From contig CAWEXO010000011.1 of assembly GCA_963813025.1 (NCBI GenBank), forward strand, positions 896,001 to 960,000: 64,000 nucleotides of DNA. The letters run 5' to 3'. The notes beneath the pieces were generated by a model that saw only the letters and a list, made by a program, of their open reading frames with translations, was not told where the DNA came from and did no database searches. Made by a program: the position numbers and the translations under genes. This DNA comes from an uncultured Verrucomicrobiae bacterium (GTDB lineage Bacteria; Verrucomicrobiota; Verrucomicrobiia; Chthoniobacterales; JAFAMB01). This document shows positions 48,429-58,485 of this stretch, in pieces. How positions within the stretch are numbered: the stretch's first letter is position 1; each line of letters opens with the position of its first letter.

Positions 48429-49205
48429 ATGATCGCTCAAGTTCTTTCTGGCAAAATCGGAGTCGTTTTTGGTGTCGCCAACAAGCGCAGCATCGCGTGG
48501 GCGATCGCGCAAGCCTGGGCCGCGGCCGGCGCCAAGCTCATTTTCAACTATCAGGGAGAACGCTTGAAGGAAAACGTGGAAGAATTGGCCGGGACTTTCG
48601 GCTCTGCGGTCCCGATTTACCCCTGCGACGTCTCTCGAGAAAGCGATATCGCTGAATTTTTCCGGAATGTTCGGAATCATACCGACCGGGTGGATTGTCT
48701 GCTACACGCCGTCGCTTTTGCTCCGAGAGAAGCCTTGGAAGGCGAATTTATCAATACATCGCGATCAGCCTTTCTGACCGCGCATGAAATAAGCGCTTAT
48801 TCGCTGGTAGCGCTTACCAGAGAGGCGGTACCGCTGATGGCCAACGGCGGCAGTGTAGTGGCAATGACCTACTATGGTTCCCAAAAAGTCGTGCCGCATT
48901 ACAACGTGATGGGTGTAGCCAAAGCCAGTTTGGAAGCCAGCTGCCGCTATCTCGCTTACGATCTGGGACCCAAAAAAATTCGGATCAACTGTATCAGCGC
49001 CGGACCGGTGCAAACGCTGGCTGCGCGCGGTATCAGCGGCTTTACGACGATGTTGAAACAGTACCAGGAAAAGGCGCCATTGCGTCGGAGCTGTGATCCG
49101 GCGGAGCTCGGGCAGACTGGTGTTTTTCTGGCCAGCGACGGCGCAGCGGCAATCACCGGACAAGTGATCTACGTCGATGGCGGCTACGAGATCATGGGAA
49201 TGTGA
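48429..49205 (+). CDS. fabI: Enoyl-ACP reductase (NADH)
   Basis: GVANKRSIAW, HAVAFAP, ISAYS, YNVMGVAKASLE, SAGP. Confidence 0.97.
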   Translation: MIAQVLSGKIGVVFGVANKRSIAWAIAQAWAAAGAKLIFNYQGERLKENVEELAGTFGSAVPIYPCDVSRESDIAEFFRNVRNHTDRVDCLLHAVAFAPREALEGEFINTSRSAFLTAHEISAYSLVALTREAVPLMANGGSVVAMTYYGSQKVVPHYNVMGVAKASLEASCRYLAYDLGPKKIRINCISAGPVQTLAARGISGFTTMLKQYQEKAPLRRSCDPAELGQTGVFLASDGAAAITGQVIYVDGGYEIMGM

Positions 49206-49206
49206 A

Positions 49207-49344
49207 GCAGCTGATCAGGCTGGCATGTGGCAGTTATTTGAGCGGAGGAAGCGGCGGGAGCGGGTTCAGCGGCGGGAAGTAGCGGAACAGCTGAAGCAGT
49301 TCCCCGAACTTCCCCCGAACTTCCCCGAACTTCCCCAAACTTCC
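49207..49344 (+). repeat. Repeat family A copy 7 followed by a TTCCCCGAAC-type tandem array
   Basis: GCAGCTGATCAG...TTGAGCGGAGGAAGCGGCGGGAGCGGGTTCAGCGG, then about four 10-11-mer units. Confidence 0.85.
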
Positions 49345-49346
49345 TC

Positions 49347-50720
49347 TTGAACCCTATCGACCTCCAGAAACTGATTGACCTTCTCGGGCCGGATATTGTG
49401 TCGGTCGATCCACAGGTCCTGGAGAGCAACAGCGGAGATAAGTGGTTCGCCCGGCACCGCCCGGACGTTGTGGTCAATCCAAGCTCCACTGCTCAGGTCG
49501 CTCGGCTCTTGGAGTTTGCCAGCAAACATCAGGTACCGATCACGGCGCGAGGTTCCGGCTACGGTTACGTGGGCGGGTGTGTGCCTGAGCGAGGCGGGAT
49601 CGTGCTTTCCCTGGCGCGGATGACCCGCATCAAGGAGATCTCTGTGCCGGACGGGGTTGCCGTGGTGGAGCCCGGTGTGATTACCGGGGATTTGCAAAAG
49701 GTCGCGCGTCAACAGGGTTTGTTTTACCCGCCCGATCCGGCCAGCCTTAAGAACAGTTCAATCGGCGGAAACATCGCCACGAATGCCGGCGGACCCCGGT
49801 GCTTGAAATATGGCGTAACGCGAAACTATGTGCTCGGTGTCGAGGTGGTATTGATCGGCGGCTCGGTCGTGCGTCTCGGGGCGCGAACTTTGAAGAACAA
49901 AACCGGATTTGATCTGGTTGGCTTGTTTGTCGGCTCTGAGGGCATGCTCGGCGTGGTGACAGAAGCAACCCTGCGGCTCCTGCCTTTGCCTCCCGCCCGA
50001 GGATCTCTGTCGGCCAGCTTTGGCACGATCGAGGTGGCGGCCGCTGCCGTGCAGTTAATTCTCGCCGAGGGATTTCTGCCGTCTGCCTTGGAGATTGCAG
50101 ACCGGTTCACCCTGGAAGCGGCCCGGGAACATCTGTCCCAGCAGATTGTACCGGCAGGAGCGGCTCACTTGCTCGTCGACCTGGACGGACAGATCGAATC
50201 GGTAAAGTTGGAATTGGCCGCCCTTGCGACTCTGATCCAATCGGCGGGCGCTCTGAGCCTTGAATCGGCTTTTGGCGAAGCCGCCTGTGAGCGATTGTGG
50301 GACTTGCGCCGCGGCTTTTCGGAGTCCCTCAAGGCGACCGGATTGATTAAGCTTAACGAAGACGTGACGGTGCCGCGCGGTCGATTGGTGGATCTCGTCG
50401 AGTTTGCCTCTGAGCTACAGAAAAAATACCGGTTTCCGGTTGCGTGCTTCGGCCACGCCGGAGACGGAAACATCCATGTGAATATCATGGTTGCTGACCC
50501 CAACAGTCCGGGCGTCGCCGAAAAAATGGAACAGGCGCTCGACGCCCTCTTTGCCCAGGTCCTTGCTTGGGGTGGAGCGATTACCGGTGAACACGGTATC
50601 GGATTAGCCAAAAAAAGGTGGTGGCCGGACGCTGTATCGGCGGAGAACCAGGCATTGCATCGGAAGATTAAAGACGTGCTTGACCCGGAAAATCTGCTCA
50701 ACCCTGGAAAATTCCTCTAA
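49347..50720 (+). CDS. FAD-linked oxidase, GlcD/D-lactate dehydrogenase family
   Basis: RGSG, YPPDPAS, IGGNIATNAGG, GSEGMLG, HAGDGNIH, GEHGIG, NPGK; TTG start. Confidence 0.92.
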   Translation: MNPIDLQKLIDLLGPDIVSVDPQVLESNSGDKWFARHRPDVVVNPSSTAQVARLLEFASKHQVPITARGSGYGYVGGCVPERGGIVLSLARMTRIKEISVPDGVAVVEPGVITGDLQKVARQQGLFYPPDPASLKNSSIGGNIATNAGGPRCLKYGVTRNYVLGVEVVLIGGSVVRLGARTLKNKTGFDLVGLFVGSEGMLGVVTEATLRLLPLPPARGSLSASFGTIEVAAAAVQLILAEGFLPSALEIADRFTLEAAREHLSQQIVPAGAAHLLVDLDGQIESVKLELAALATLIQSAGALSLESAFGEAACERLWDLRRGFSESLKATGLIKLNEDVTVPRGRLVDLVEFASELQKKYRFPVACFGHAGDGNIHVNIMVADPNSPGVAEKMEQALDALFAQVLAWGGAITGEHGIGLAKKRWWPDAVSAENQALHRKIKDVLDPENLLNPGKFL

Positions 50721-50800
50721 CCTGCATCGCTCACAAATCTCGAAGGATTTGTGGACGATGCAGGCTAATTTATTGATCTTCACCCCCAACTCTCTTCCTC

Positions 50801-51649
50801 ATGCCAAAATACGGAATACATGCTTTTACCTTGAACGGCTTCTGGGACAACCAGATTGCCTCTAAAGTCATTGCCGAAGCTGCTGAGCTTGGGCTCGATC
50901 TCATTGAGATTCCCGTCCTCAAGCCGGACGAGTTCGATTCGACGGTGGTCAGCAAAGCTTTGGAGCAGAATAAGATCGAAGCGACTGGTTCACTCTGTCT
51001 GCCGCGGGAGGCCCATTTACCCTTCAATCCACCGGGTGCGCTTGAGTTCCTGAAAAATGCGGTGGATCGGGTGGCGGACTTCGGTGGAAAACAGCTCCTC
51101 GGCTGTCTTTATTGCAATCTCGGTACGCTCACTAAACAACCGCCCACCGATGACGAACTCCGAAAATGCGCCGATGTGCTGGGCCAGCTTCGGGAATATG
51201 CCGGACCGAGAGGAGTGACGCTGGGCCTGGAACCCGTCAATCGTTACGAAACCTACCTGCTCAATGCCGGAAGCCAGGTAGCGGATCTCATCCGCAAGAT
51301 TGGGGCCCATGATATGGTGATCCACTTCGATACCTATCACATGAACATCGAAGAAGAGAGTTTCAGCACGGCATTGAAAGAGGCAGGCAAACTGGCCGGC
51401 TATATTCACATGTCCGAGAGTCACCGGGGAGCGCCGGGCGAGGGGACGGTGGAGTGGGACGACGTTTTTACCGGATTGAAGGCGATTAACTACGCCGGTC
51501 CGCTTGTCCTGGAAGCGTTTGCCGCCATTAATCCTGACCTGATCGGCGCGACCTGCCTCTGGCGAAAGAGCAAGTACGCTCCGCGCGATCTGGCGACGAA
51601 GGGACTCGAGTTTTTAAAGCGCAAAGCCGCAGAACATCAATTGGCCTGA
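50801..51649 (+). CDS. D-tagatose/D-psicose 3-epimerase family sugar epimerase
   Basis: LEPVNRYE, DTYHMNIEE, HMSESHRG, LEAF. Confidence 0.88.
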   Translation: MPKYGIHAFTLNGFWDNQIASKVIAEAAELGLDLIEIPVLKPDEFDSTVVSKALEQNKIEATGSLCLPREAHLPFNPPGALEFLKNAVDRVADFGGKQLLGCLYCNLGTLTKQPPTDDELRKCADVLGQLREYAGPRGVTLGLEPVNRYETYLLNAGSQVADLIRKIGAHDMVIHFDTYHMNIEEESFSTALKEAGKLAGYIHMSESHRGAPGEGTVEWDDVFTGLKAINYAGPLVLEAFAAINPDLIGATCLWRKSKYAPRDLATKGLEFLKRKAAEHQLA

Positions 51650-51761
51650 AAACCCTAGGCCCTTGAGGGCGCCGAAAAGCCGGCGTTTCTGGATTTTATT
51701 ATTTACACAGTAGGCGGGGTCCGTTGTACCCTGAAAGACTCAAAAAAACCGTCTCGCTGTC

Positions 51762-53738
51762 ATGCGCTTTTTTCGCCTCTTGCCCAGGCTCAGTTTGTTC
51801 GCTCTGACCGCCTTCGGAGGGATTACATCCGGTCGCAGCGCTGACTCGCTCTTCGCGTTTGGCGACAGCCTGGTCGATAACGGGAATACCCCTCGAATCC
51901 TCGGGATACCCTATCCGCCATCCCCGCTCTATGTCGGCTTCCGCTATAGTAACGGTCCGACCTTCGCGGAATACTTGCCCGGTTTGCTCGGGTTGAATAG
52001 TAGTGTTGGTACTACGTACGGCACCGGTACGAACTTTGGCGTCGGTGGCGCTCTATCAGGCAGCGGAAATATTACCGTTATACCCGGAATAGGACCTGTG
52101 CCCTTGCCCGGACTAGCCGACCAGATCACCTTATTCCAGGATAAGGGGCTGCGTTTTCGGAGCCGGGATCTCGTCGCGGTATGGGCTGGAGGCAACGATT
52201 ATTTACAGCTTTTGGCGAGCCCGCTCGGTTCCATTACCCCTGAGCTAGCCACCGCCACGGTTGTTCAGGACACCTCAAATCTGGAATCGGCTGCGCGGCG
52301 TTTGATCAATCTCGGGGCCAGACGCCTGCTTTTTGTCAATCTACCGGATCTCGGCAAGCTGCCGCTGGTAAACAGCATTGCCAATCCAGTTCAGCGGGAG
52401 CTCTTCTCGGCGGCGGCCACCCAGCTTTCCGAAAGCCACGACCAGATCCTTGCTCTGAATCTGGCCCGGGTGCATGCCGGTACTGGCGCCAACATTTTTC
52501 TCTTTCCGGCCGACCTCGCTTTCCGCCAGATTCTGGCGAATCCGAGCCGGTACGGATTGACGAATGTGACCGATGCGGCGAACGCGAACCCTGCACTGTT
52601 ATTCGCGCCGACATCCGTGCAGAACGAGTACCTTTTCTGGGACAGCGTTCATCCCACGACAGCCGGTCATTTCCTCCTGGCTCGCTATATGGCCAACATG
52701 GTTGGGGCGCCGGCCACCCTGGCCAGCCAAACCCAGCTGATGACCTATGGAGTCCGGGGATTTGGCGATCTGCTTTACAATCAGCTTGGACCATCGCCCT
52801 TGCCGCCGGCGCCGCCGCCCGCATCCGTGCCGGTAAGCGAAGGAAAAGGCGCTCTATCGAGCGGAAAAGAACCGGTTGCTCCTCCGTCCGTTATTTCGGC
52901 TGGACCGGAAAAGCGTTGGTCAATCTTTGTATTGGGCGATTATCGGCAAGGCTCGCGTGAAGACCGTTTTAATTCGACGGGCTTTGATTACTCCTTGGGC
53001 AACGTCGCCCTTGGGGCAAGCTATACGTTCAACCCCCTCATCAGTGGGGGACTCCTTTTTGGCTACGGCTATAATTGGGCCGATCTGAACGACGGCCAGG
53101 GGCGTGTCCGGGTCGACGCTTACCAGGTCGGCGGCTTTGTCGATTTTCATGGGCCTCACTGGTTTGCCGGCGGAATAGCGTCCTATGGTTACGATGAGTT
53201 TGACCAGAGACGTCCGGGAATTCTCGGCGACACAATCACGGGCCAGCCAAATGGCCATACGGTGCTGGTTGGTGCGCAGGGCGCCTATTTCTGGAATTTA
53301 GGTGATTTCTCGGTGGGGCCGATCGGCAGTCTCACTTTCACCACCGTCAACGTGAACAGCTACTCAGAGTCGGGCGATCCGGTCCTTACCCAGGAAGTCA
53401 GGAGCAGGGAGGTCAACGATTTTTTTGGGACGATCGGGCTGCGAGCAAACTACGATTTTCATCTGGGGAGCACGTTAGTGCAACCCTACATCAAAGCGGA
53501 GTACGAGCATGAATTCCTGGGCGATGGCACGACCATTAAGTCGCGATTCACCGCTGAGCCGGCTCTGGAGTTGGACACCGCAGTAGAAGATAGCTCGCAG
53601 GATTACGGCCGCCTCGGGTTCGGGCTGCGCATTCGATTCACGGAACGATTTTGCGGCCAGCTCGGATTTGACGCTCTCGTCGGACGTTCGGACGGTGAGG
53701 AGTATACCGGTAACGCCGGTTTTTCGATCTCTTTTTAG
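51762..53738 (+). CDS. GDSL/SGNH esterase autotransporter (EstA-like)
   Basis: Signal peptide, FGDSL, GGND, FWDSVHPT, Pro-rich linker, beta-barrel ending in Phe. Confidence 0.92.
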   Translation: MRFFRLLPRLSLFALTAFGGITSGRSADSLFAFGDSLVDNGNTPRILGIPYPPSPLYVGFRYSNGPTFAEYLPGLLGLNSSVGTTYGTGTNFGVGGALSGSGNITVIPGIGPVPLPGLADQITLFQDKGLRFRSRDLVAVWAGGNDYLQLLASPLGSITPELATATVVQDTSNLESAARRLINLGARRLLFVNLPDLGKLPLVNSIANPVQRELFSAAATQLSESHDQILALNLARVHAGTGANIFLFPADLAFRQILANPSRYGLTNVTDAANANPALLFAPTSVQNEYLFWDSVHPTTAGHFLLARYMANMVGAPATLASQTQLMTYGVRGFGDLLYNQLGPSPLPPAPPPASVPVSEGKGALSSGKEPVAPPSVISAGPEKRWSIFVLGDYRQGSREDRFNSTGFDYSLGNVALGASYTFNPLISGGLLFGYGYNWADLNDGQGRVRVDAYQVGGFVDFHGPHWFAGGIASYGYDEFDQRRPGILGDTITGQPNGHTVLVGAQGAYFWNLGDFSVGPIGSLTFTTVNVNSYSESGDPVLTQEVRSREVNDFFGTIGLRANYDFHLGSTLVQPYIKAEYEHEFLGDGTTIKSRFTAEPALELDTAVEDSSQDYGRLGFGLRIRFTERFCGQLGFDALVGRSDGEEYTGNAGFSISF

Positions 53739-53759
53739 TAGCCTGATGCCGGGCAAAAA

Positions 53760-54254
53760 ATGTGGATCCCCTTGGTGATCGCCGGGATTGGGTTGCTTGT
53801 CCTGATCATCGGCTTCGGCACTCAGCGGCTCTATCTGTGCCGCGTAAGTTTCCTCGCGCTCGCTCTTCTTTTATTCTTTCCTTTCTTCGCTCGATCTGCT
53901 ACCGGCAGCCGGCTTTTGCTCGGCGCGTTCGATCTTGCCGGTTTTTGGGAAGCGGCCGCGATCGGCTTTCTGCTTTTTCTGGCCCTCTGGGCGATTCGCC
54001 TGACTTCCGACTCGGTTCTGAGCCTAGGCGCTGTGCGGATTGGCCACGCCCTGCCTGGTCGCTCCGCGATTGGCGAGATCGTTAGGGATATTGTTAGCGC
54101 CCTGATCGTCGTCGCTCACTTGGTTTGCCTGATCTTGGTGAGTGGGACGCCTTGGCTCAAGACTGCTGGCGGATTCTTCGTGGCGGTAAGCTTTCCCCAA
54201 ATGCCGGCCGGCTATCAAGCGCCGCTGTCCTGGCATCTGCGGGAGTCCGATTAA
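53760..54254 (+). CDS. Hypothetical membrane protein (possibly truncated)
   Basis: Four to five hydrophobic segments; no recognised motif. Confidence 0.5.
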   Translation: MWIPLVIAGIGLLVLIIGFGTQRLYLCRVSFLALALLLFFPFFARSATGSRLLLGAFDLAGFWEAAAIGFLLFLALWAIRLTSDSVLSLGAVRIGHALPGRSAIGEIVRDIVSALIVVAHLVCLILVSGTPWLKTAGGFFVAVSFPQMPAGYQAPLSWHLRESD

Positions 54255-54368
54255 AAGGAAATCAAGGCTGCCTGGGAAGATCTCGTGCGAAATGACGGGT
54301 TCGCTGAGATCAGGAAATTCTTCATGCGCAATGCCGTAAAGCCGTGATTTGAAATTGGACTTTTTTCT

Positions 54369-55616
54369 ATGCTGATGCTCGTCCTCAACATCGGGAGTGG
54401 GAGCCAGAAACTCACGCTCTTCGAGTTTGCGGCAAGCGACTCGGCGGAAAAGCCGACTCCGCCGATCTGGCAAGCTAAGCTTGATTCGACCGCACCCGAT
54501 CAGCCACCTGACGAGCTCCTCATCAAGATCAAGAGCCGCGGCCGGGTTTTCGAGCGCAGCATCTCGAGAACCACGCCGATTCGCGAAAAGCTAGCCCGGT
54601 TAATGGAATTGATCTGGACCGGCGAAACGCGAGCTGTCGAGCGACCGAAACAAATCGGAGGAATCGCGCATCGGGTTGTCCATGGTGGACCCGATATCCG
54701 GCGAGCGACCCGGCTCGAGCCATCCGTGATCGAGGTGATCGAGCGTTACGGTGAGTTTTCGCCCTTGCACAACCCGGTTCAGCTTGAAGGGATCAAAGTC
54801 GCGAAAGAGGTTTTTGGGGAGAACAAGGCGCAATTTGCGGTTTTTGATACGGCTTTCCATCGTGACATTCCGAAAGCCGCGGCTACCTATGCTGGCCCCT
54901 ATGATTGGGTCGAGCAGGGGATTGTTCGGTATGGCTTCCATGGTTCGAGCTTTCGTTATGCCAGTCGGAAGGCAGCGGAGATCGTGGGCAGATTGGACGA
55001 TCCAGAGTTTAAAGTAGTCGTCTGCCACCTTGGAGGAGGCTGTTCTCTGGCCGCCGTGCAAGGCGGGCGCTGCGTCGACACTACCATGGGATTTACGCCG
55101 CTCGACGGTGTGGCGATGTGCACTCGATCCGGTTCGGTCGATCCCGGCATTCTGATTTATCTCTTAAAAGGAGGGGCCTCTCCGGAGCAGCTCGAAAGAG
55201 TTTTGAATAAGGAATCCGGTCTTGCCGGGTTGTCTGGTCTGCCGGGTGATACCCGGGTGATTCTTCCAGAGTCAAAGAAAGGAAACGACCGGGCCGCGCT
55301 AGCCATCGACGTGTTCGTCCATCGTCTCCAGTCGGGAATCGGTGCCATGATCGCCAGTCTGGCCGGCCTGCACGCAATTGTGTTCACTGATGTCATTGGG
55401 GAATCAGAACCGGAGATTCGAGCGCGTGCCTGCGAACCCTTCGCCTTTTTTGGGATGAAGCTCCAGTCCCAGCTAAACAAGAGCGGCGCCCGCGATATCG
55501 ATATCGCCGAAGCCGATTCCAAGGTCCGAGTGATGGTTGTCCAATCTCAGGAGGATTGGCAGGTTGCCGCTGAGAGTTACTCGTGTTGGCGCGCGACCGC
55601 AGGTAAAACACCTTGA
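54369..55616 (+). CDS. ackA: Acetate/propionate kinase
   Basis: LNIGSGSQK, HRVVHGG, PLHN, FDTAFH, YGFHG, CHLG, MGFTPLDG, TRSG. Confidence 0.95.
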   Translation: MLMLVLNIGSGSQKLTLFEFAASDSAEKPTPPIWQAKLDSTAPDQPPDELLIKIKSRGRVFERSISRTTPIREKLARLMELIWTGETRAVERPKQIGGIAHRVVHGGPDIRRATRLEPSVIEVIERYGEFSPLHNPVQLEGIKVAKEVFGENKAQFAVFDTAFHRDIPKAAATYAGPYDWVEQGIVRYGFHGSSFRYASRKAAEIVGRLDDPEFKVVVCHLGGGCSLAAVQGGRCVDTTMGFTPLDGVAMCTRSGSVDPGILIYLLKGGASPEQLERVLNKESGLAGLSGLPGDTRVILPESKKGNDRAALAIDVFVHRLQSGIGAMIASLAGLHAIVFTDVIGESEPEIRARACEPFAFFGMKLQSQLNKSGARDIDIAEADSKVRVMVVQSQEDWQVAAESYSCWRATAGKTP

Positions 55617-56335
55617 GGGATCTCAGTCTGATCTTCTGCCGCTCGCTCCATCTGGCCTCCGCGTTGGAGCCACCGCGCCGTTTGGGTGCAAACGGTGGAC
55701 CAGAGCGAACCCGCCGCCCATCCCGCAAGCACATCGCTGGGGTAGTGGACTCCCAGATAGATGCGGCTGAGACCAACCAGCAAGCTCACCAGGACCGCGC
55801 TGGCCAGAAAGTAAGCCTTTGCGATGGGTCCACGGGTTTGGCGTGACACAATTCCACCCAGAGTCAGATAGACCAATGCGGAAAGCATGGAATGACCGCT
55901 CGGGAAGCTTCCTGGATCGAAATGGGTGAGTTTTGGAACAATCGTCGGTCGTTCACGAACGAAAAAATCTTTCAAGAAACGACTCAAAGCGGTTCCGCTA
56001 CCCAAAGAAAAGAGGAGAAAAGCCGCGGCTCGAAACCGACGCGCCAAGCTGAGCGCCCCGACCACGAGGAAGGTTACCAAGGTGAGCGTGCTTCCACTAC
56101 CCAGAGAGGTCAGGTCTTGTGCCACCTCGGAGAGCCAGTGCGGTCCTCTAGGAACCGCTGGATTTTCGGGCCGACGCAATGCCTTCAGAACCCGTTGATC
56201 GATTTCGTCCGTTCGGCCCCGCTGGATCTTGCCAGCCAATCGGAAGAACGTGAATGCGCTGACCGCCAGAATAAAAAAATTCAAGAACGTCGCTGTCTCG
56301 GTTGTCAGAGCTCGCCGCGGATGAGTGGTTTGCAC
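55577..56335 (-). CDS. PAP2 family membrane phosphatase
   Basis: K-X6-RP, SFPSGHS, SRIYLGVHYPSDV. Confidence 0.93.
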   Translation of the reverse strand: MQTTHPRRALTTETATFLNFFILAVSAFTFFRLAGKIQRGRTDEIDQRVLKALRRPENPAVPRGPHWLSEVAQDLTSLGSGSTLTLVTFLVVGALSLARRFRAAAFLLFSLGSGTALSRFLKDFFVRERPTIVPKLTHFDPGSFPSGHSMLSALVYLTLGGIVSRQTRGPIAKAYFLASAVLVSLLVGLSRIYLGVHYPSDVLAGWAAGSLWSTVCTQTARWLQRGGQMERAAEDQTEIPQGVLPAVARQHE

Positions 56336-56427
56336 ATTTCTGGTCGCGTCTGGTCAAGCAAAAGGACGGTTCATTGGGTTTTCGGACGGCGCGGGGCGCG
56401 ATCCTGGACCGGCAGGAGCCGATCCAG

Positions 56428-56502
56428 AGCCGATCACTACCGGTCCATCGCGATCAGAGTGGGGTAGCCGATCCTTACCGGTCCATCGCGATCAGAGGGG
56501 GT
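56428..56502. repeat. Direct tandem duplication of a 37-38 bp unit
   Basis: AGCCGATCACTACCGGTCCATCGCGATCAGAGTGGGGT then AGCCGATCCTTACCGGTCCATCGCGATCAGAGGGGGT. Confidence 0.85.
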
Positions 56503-56544
56503 ACGGACGAGCTCCGCTTGTCCGTCTGCTGCCCTCCGTATCCG

Positions 56545-56603
56545 AAAGCGGCGGACAAGACCTGCCGCGTCGTAGCCGAGCGCAGCGAAGGCGAAGGAGG
56601 GTC
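56545..56603. repeat. REP-like family C copy
   Basis: Reverse complement aligns to 44994-45051 (CCTTCGCCTTCGCTGCGCTC...CGCGGCAGG.CTTGTC.GCCGCTTT). Confidence 0.75.
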
Positions 56604-56620
56604 ACACGCACTCCTCTGGC

Positions 56621-57097
56621 CTATTGGAGAGGGCTGCCGCTTACCGTTTCGGCCAATCGAGTGAGAAAAGGGCGTTCTGCCGCGAGGATTTTCTGTTTAG
56701 CTCTGTCCAAACCGAAAAACTGGGCGCGATCGATCTCGGGAAAAAACTGATATTTGCCCGAGCACGGCGGCCATTCTAGCTCGAAGGTGTTGCTTCGTAT
56801 TCTCCCCGGGTCGCACGATCCCGCAAATGCCCACGCGTAGACCAGCTTCCCGGATTTCTGACGAACGCAACCGAGCTCACAGTAGGGTCCTTCTGGAACA
56901 AGGCCGGTTTCCTCGAAAAATTCCCGAACGGCAGCCTGAAAGAGCTCTTCCCCTTCTGCTACTTCCCCGCGAGGAAACGTCCAGGCACCCTCATCCTTCT
57001 TTTTCCAGAAGGGTCCGCCGAGATGCACCAGCAACACCTCGAGCTGTCCATCAGTGACCCGGTACATCAGGAGACCAGCGCTGGAGGCCTTCGGCAT
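56621..57097 (-). CDS. NUDIX hydrolase
   Basis: SAGLLMYR, GGPFW, GE...AAVREFFEETG, FPEIDR. Confidence 0.92.
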   Translation of the reverse strand: MPKASSAGLLMYRVTDGQLEVLLVHLGGPFWKKKDEGAWTFPRGEVAEGEELFQAAVREFFEETGLVPEGPYCELGCVRQKSGKLVYAWAFAGSCDPGRIRSNTFELEWPPCSGKYQFFPEIDRAQFFGLDRAKQKILAAERPFLTRLAETVSGSPLQ

Positions 57098-57174
57098 AAG
57101 CATAGCCTATTTATTTACTGCTCAGTGCCTACCGATACTCTCTTCCGTTACCACCCCGAAGGCACGAGGACGTT

Positions 57175-58485
57175 ATGCGCCCCCTGCATAGGCCCGTCCG
57201 AACCAGCGACCCTCAATTGACTGTTCCCTCTTCCCCTGCTCAGCTGCCTGCAGTGAATCTCTGGCGGGATCCCAAAGCGCGCCTCGTGTTGCTGGCGAAT
57301 TTTTTTCTGGTGGTCGGGGCGGGAATCACATTCATGGCGATTCCCTGGCTGCTGATTCAAAGACCAAACGGAGCGTCGCTTTTCGGTTATTCGAATGTCG
57401 TTGTCACCCTTTTCATTTTTGTATTGTTGCCGTACTTGGGCAAGCTGGTCGATCGCTCGTCGCGAAAAGCGATCATGCTCGTCTTCTTTCTCTTTAATGT
57501 CGTGATGAATGTGCTGGTCGTCACGAGTTTGTTGATCCAACGACAGGTCGAGCTCTGGCATTTGCTGACCGTCTACACGCTCGGATCCCTCGGCCACAGT
57601 CTGTACTATCCGGCTCAATTTGCTTTTAACCAGGAGGTCCTTTCGCCAAGCCAATACTCCGCGCTCAGCGGCGCGATCGAAGTCCAGTGGCAGGCCGGAG
57701 CGATGATCGCGGGAGCATTGGGTGCCGTGCTCATCAACCGGGTGCCACTCTGGGGTATCCTGGTGATCGACAGCCTCGCCTATCTGAGCGGTTTTGTGTT
57801 GATCAGAATGATTCCTTACCAGCGGCGATTACCGTCCTCCACCGTTCGCGGCTCTGCCTGGAAAATGATGGTGGACGGAATCGATTATCTTCGGCTGCGG
57901 CCGCGTCTGGCGGTTATTATCTTTGCGAGTTTCCTTCCTTTCCTTGGTCTGATGATTTCAAACTATCTGGCCCCGATCTTTGTCCAGCAGACCCTTTGGC
58001 GCGGACCCGAGATCTATGGGGCTGGCGAAGCCTGTTACGCTGCCGGTGCAATTTCGGCGGGTCTCACTGTGCCCGCCATCAACGCGCGACTAGGTCTGGT
58101 GATGACGCTCCTTCTGACAGTCGGTATCTTTGCGGGAGCGAGTGCAATAACGCCTTCCTTTCCCGTCGTCCCGGTTTTTCTATTGGCCTACTTGTGGCAG
58201 GGATGGGGAAACGCTGGTTCTCGCGTCGTTCGCAGTATCCTCATTCTGGAGACGGTGCCAAACAGTCTGGTGGGGCGTTTAGGCCTTTCCTACAGTGCGC
58301 TTGAACGGCTGCTTCGGGCGGGCTTTCTGGCGTTGGCCACTCGGCAAGTGGCCGAACAGGGCCCACGTTCGGCTTATTGGATGATCGTGGCGATCGCTGT
58401 GGCCGGTTGGATTGCGATCCTCGCTTGCCGCCACGTCCGCACATGTCCAGTACCAGCCCAAACCCGTTCCGGCGAAGCATTGTGA
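57175..58485 (+). CDS. MFS transporter
   Basis: About 12 hydrophobic segments; GKLVDRSSRK motif A; start uncertain. Confidence 0.88.
   Translation: MRPLHRPVRTSDPQLTVPSSPAQLPAVNLWRDPKARLVLLANFFLVVGAGITFMAIPWLLIQRPNGASLFGYSNVVVTLFIFVLLPYLGKLVDRSSRKAIMLVFFLFNVVMNVLVVTSLLIQRQVELWHLLTVYTLGSLGHSLYYPAQFAFNQEVLSPSQYSALSGAIEVQWQAGAMIAGALGAVLINRVPLWGILVIDSLAYLSGFVLIRMIPYQRRLPSSTVRGSAWKMMVDGIDYLRLRPRLAVIIFASFLPFLGLMISNYLAPIFVQQTLWRGPEIYGAGEACYAAGAISAGLTVPAINARLGLVMTLLLTVGIFAGASAITPSFPVVPVFLLAYLWQGWGNAGSRVVRSILILETVPNSLVGRLGLSYSALERLLRAGFLALATRQVAEQGPRSAYWMIVAIAVAGWIAILACRHVRTCPVPAQTRSGEAL

Noticed and set aside
56417..56502. Possible CRISPR array (37-38 bp repeats)
   Set aside because: Only two units, directly abutting with no spacer, and no cas genes; simple tandem duplication
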